A DNA stretch of 64,000 bases from contig JAPMXV010000033.1 in assembly GCA_026936335.1 (NCBI GenBank), positions 186,001-250,000 on the forward strand. Direction: 5' to 3'. Below are positions 62,593-64,000 of this stretch, piece by piece; the stretch's first letter is position 1; each line of letters opens with the position of its first letter. A program made the translations under genes and the position numbers. A model generated the notes under the pieces. The model was not told where the DNA came from, did not search any database, and saw only the letters and a program-made list of their open reading frames with translations. The DNA is from Mantamonas sphyraenae STR306 (Eukaryota > Protista > CRuMs).

Positions 62593-63507
62593 ATGAAGAC
62601 AACGCACAAGATTGCCATCGGCGTGGGCACGGCCGTCGGATTGGCGCTACTGTGTGCCTACATTGGCGTGCAGGCGACAAAACTGGCGGAACTCGCACGG
62701 ACGCCCGTTGTCTCGTCGCAGCTGAAGGTGGAGACCAACTTTTCGATGCCTGACATGGCGATTTTCATCACGGGAGAGCAGGGATTCCGCATGCGGCTGC
62801 GGCAGGTGTCGTTCCTGCCAGAAGGGCCGACGCATGGGGCTCAGACGAATGCGTCGCTTGGGGATGTGAGTGGAGGGGCGAGGGAAGGATGGAGTGTGGG
62901 TGGTGAGTGAGGTTGGCTGACGCAAGAGGTGAGAGTGCAGTCAGCGTGCCATGGTGACGGATATGGTGACAAGATCTGCTGTCTGTCGAATGGGCCGGTG
63001 GGCAAGGATGCACGTGCGTCGATGCTGTTTGACGTGGCGACGCTGTTTGCGGAGCCGCCGGATCCCATGGCGACAACGTTTTTGACGCTTCGCACGGCGC
63101 CACGGGGCTCGTTCAAGGACTGTGCAGCGGTGCTGGCGAACCAGACGGGCTTGATTGGGACGGATATCGTGCCGGTGCCGCTGAACGAGACGTCATACGT
63201 GAGGTTTGGGCATCGGTTTGTCCAGAACGGGACTCGGCTGACGGGGTCGACACAGGGAGTTCGGGAAGAAAGTTTCCCAATCTCTGGCCTCTCGAAAATC
63301 GGGGAATGGAGGGGTGCGAGGATTCTGGCTGCTTTCCAGCAGGCAAGCTACGAAGAGGTGACGCTGTTGCCGAGTGGGCTGTCTGTGGTGGATCTGCTGG
63401 GCCAGGTGGCCGGCCTCCTGGGCCTGTTCATCTCGTTTGCCAACGCGGTGCGGCTGACTGTGCAGGCAGCGCAGACGCGGTCGGACATGGAGAGGCCATT
63501 TCGGTGA
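62593..63507 (+). CDS. 279-aa two-TM protein resembling DEG/ENaC and PAC (TMEM206) trimeric channels; exons 62593-62865, 62941-63507
   Basis: TM1 (IAIGVGTAVGLALLCAYIGV), post-TM1 TPVVSSQLKVETNFSMPDMAIF, five N-glycosylation sequons, YEEVTLLPSGLSVVDLLGQVAGLLGLFIS into TM2; GTGAGT...CTGAC...CAG intron in frame. Confidence 0.65.
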
Positions 63508-63544
63508 AAGTGTGGGAGTTTGAGTAAAAGGTGGTGAATGGGAT

Positions 63545-63751
63545 TCATTGCGTGTGGTGTTGGTTGCTGGAGGCCTGTGTGTCCGAGTCGGCCTCCGCAG
63601 AGGCGATGCTGGCGGCAATGGCGGCGTCCATCTCTGCGTCGAGGGAAGCCTGCATGGCTTGGCGTGTGGCCTGTGCCTCACGGCGGGCCTGGCGAGCGCG
63701 CATGGCAGCCTGGATGCGCGTGGCAGCTTCGTCGAGGTCGCGACCGCTCAT
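63545..63751 (-). CDS. 68-aa microprotein with IQ calmodulin-binding motif and UIM-like motif
   Basis: AATRIQAAMRARQARR (IQ) and DAEMDAAIAASIA (UIM pattern); AATGAA overlaps the stop. Confidence 0.6.
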   Translation of the reverse strand: MSGRDLDEAATRIQAAMRARQARREAQATRQAMQASLDAEMDAAIAASIASAEADSDTQASSNQHHTQ

Positions 63752-63889
63752 GTTGGGTTGGGTTGGGTTGGGGTGGGGAGTGGGTGTGGGAGGATGGGGA
63801 TGGAATGAGAGGTGGGGGGGGATAGGTTGGGAAGGGGTTTGCAGTGTCGTGTATTGCTTGTGGGTGTTGAAGAAAGCGCGAGGACTGAG

Positions 63890-64000
63890 TCACGCCGCAC
63901 TGGACTCGGTCGTCTTCTTCTTGCGTGGCGGTTTGGTGCAAGGTTTATAGTAGCAGGTGCCAAGAGAAAAGTCGGCGAGGATGTCCTTGATGACATCCAT
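63890..64000 (-). CDS. Probable 3' end of a gene entering from the right edge (...DVIKDILADFSLGTCYYKPCTKPPRKKKTTESSAA*)
   Basis: 37 open codons ending in TGA with coding-like composition; too short to identify. Confidence 0.4.
   Translation of the reverse strand: MDVIKDILADFSLGTCYYKPCTKPPRKKKTTESSAA

Overview
Nuclear DNA of a very gene-dense unicellular eukaryote, probably flagellated; I cannot name the species. It uses the standard code, has few short GT-AG introns, many microsatellites, and intergenic gaps mostly 10-140 bp. I built about 20 gene models by hand. In order: a DUF4071/TRAF-binding-type TPR protein running off the left edge (absent from the ORF track), LUC7, a Cramped/TKI1-like SANT protein, SNRNP35, mitochondrial ATP synthase epsilon, mitochondrial IleRS, RBM25, MetAP2 (its intron hosts an snR70/SNORD43-type C/D snoRNA), PSMA6, TAF10, an EML protein, a QRICH2/DUF4795-like coiled-coil protein, a kexin/furin protease, a TTC6-like TPR protein, VDAC, a ~7,485-aa ankyrin/Clu/TPR/CAP-Gly giant with dynein-MTBD-like modules, a ~1,330-aa orphan, a 279-aa two-TM PAC/DEG-ENaC-like channel and a 68-aa IQ+UIM microprotein. 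The best candidates for new biology are the giant Clu protein set head-to-head with VDAC, the minimal trimeric-type ion channel, a possible dual 18S/U6 guide snoRNA, and an expression layout (AATGAA 3' signals, unpaired acceptor-like sites before ATGs) compatible with trans-splicing. Five single-base indels interrupt three genes and are most likely assembly errors. All domain calls are by-eye motif recognition, not database searches.
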